Source: Halocafeteria seosinensis
Taxonomy: Eukaryota
Assembly (NCBI GenBank): GCA_001687465.1
Contig: LVLI01000294.1
Location: 124,001 to 188,000, forward strand
DNA length: 64,000 nucleotides
Direction: 5' to 3'
This document shows positions 63,156 through 64,000 of the stretch, one piece after another (the first letter of the stretch is position 1; the number at the start of each line of letters is the position of its first letter). Below the pieces are notes generated by a model. The model saw only the letters and a list, made by a program, of their open reading frames with translations, was not told the DNA's origin and did not search any database. A program made the translations under genes and the position numbers.

Positions 63156-64000
63156 TTATTCATCACAGATCTCCTGTTCAAATCTGGATTGGATTGTGTG
63201 CATGCTGATGTCACGGATATCCCGGTGACTGCGGAAAAACTCAAGAATGGCATCTCCCGTTACATACCGGGGACGTTTCGGGCTATTTCCTGTGAGTCCG
63301 TCTACAATGGAAATTTTACGATACACCTTTTTGGAAAATGCAACAGGGTATCGCGAATATAGGTGCATATGCTTTCCGCCAAGATGCTCGTTGATGATCT
63401 CTTTGACTGTTTGCACCGCTAAGTCTAGCGGAAACAGGCCGCTGTCAAGAGTTCCTAATTCAGAGAGTGTGCCTCCATTAGCGCTCCATGGTAAATCTGA
63501 AGCCGCACTCGTTCCTGCTACGCTACTGTCTGATTGCACGCCATTCTTTTCATTTTCTTCACTTTGCTGATCACGTATTCGCATACGCTTATGTTTCAGC
63601 AAACGGGTTTCTTCCTGGGTGAATCCCATGAAGCACAAAACAGAAGATGTGTCCTCAAAGCGACATTGATCCGTCATGAGTCCTCTGAGAAGGATCAAAG
63701 CGGTGACAACTCCTTCAAACTCATAAGGGGTCGTTGGGTCTGGTGGTAGCAGCTTTTCCGTCTCGTTCTGGAATGCGTGTAGGGCATCCAGGTTTTCATG
63801 GTTTTTCGCCATCAATGCGTCGCTAAGGGCAAACGTCAAAGTTCGACATATCTCTTCTACTCGTGTCGCAAGACTATCCGGAGTGACCAAGTTCCCGATT
63901 AAAGACTCAAACGCCTCCGTCTCCGTACCATCCACCTCGTTTCCAAGAATTGCAGCGCAACTCGATAGCAGGCTACCGGTACATGACCACCGGGCCGTAA
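63156..64000 (-). CDS. 3' part of a hypothetical protein; frame open to the right edge
   Basis: Frame is stop-free from 63998 down to 63156. No recognisable motif. Confidence 0.55.
   Translation of the reverse strand, partial: TARWSCTGSLLSSCAAILGNEVDGTETEAFESLIGNLVTPDSLATRVEEICRTLTFALSDALMAKNHENLDALHAFQNETEKLLPPDPTTPYEFEGVVTALILLRGLMTDQCRFEDTSSVLCFMGFTQEETRLLKHKRMRIRDQQSEENEKNGVQSDSSVAGTSAASDLPWSANGGTLSELGTLDSGLFPLDLAVQTVKEIINEHLGGKHMHLYSRYPVAFSKKVYRKISIVDGLTGNSPKRPRYVTGDAILEFFRSHRDIRDISMHTIQSRFEQEICDE

Noticed and set aside
1..64000. Apparent frameshifted or pseudogenised genes (many short consecutive ORFs)
   Set aside because: The breaks I examined are explained by GT-AG spliceosomal introns that restore the frame. 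This is eukaryotic gene structure, not decay or recoding.

Overview
Eukaryotic nuclear DNA from a very compact, intron-rich protist genome. Introns are GT-AG and mostly about 55-85 nt. A dynein light chain and an outer-dynein-arm docking-like gene suggest a flagellated lineage, possibly SAR; this is not proven. The ORF track fragments most genes because it ignores splicing. I reconstructed about 27 genes by hand, mostly housekeeping: Pam18-like, TOP3B, EttA-type ABC-F, Tom40, Tctex1, kinesin-14, CDC23, EAF6, LSM4, TPR-DNAJC8, USP5/13, CDK8-like, RPL14, EEF2, TMEM135, TSR3, RRP9, NOG2, CCDC151-like, UBXN7, PSMB6 and an ASCH protein. The standout is an accessory island at about 15.8-26.6 kb. It holds a 21-exon, ~1,600-aa secreted protein largely missed by the ORF track, in which nearly every leucine-rich repeat sits on its own symmetric phase-2 exon (11 are exactly 72 nt). 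The LRRs form three capped modules, followed by four copies of a ~180-aa beta-rich domain, a Ser/Pro stalk and an acidic tubulin-tail-like C-terminus (GGEEEEEAF). Head-to-head with it is an intronless tubulin-tyrosine-ligase-family enzyme carrying a signal/anchor peptide. All family assignments are from motif recognition by eye; no searches were run.
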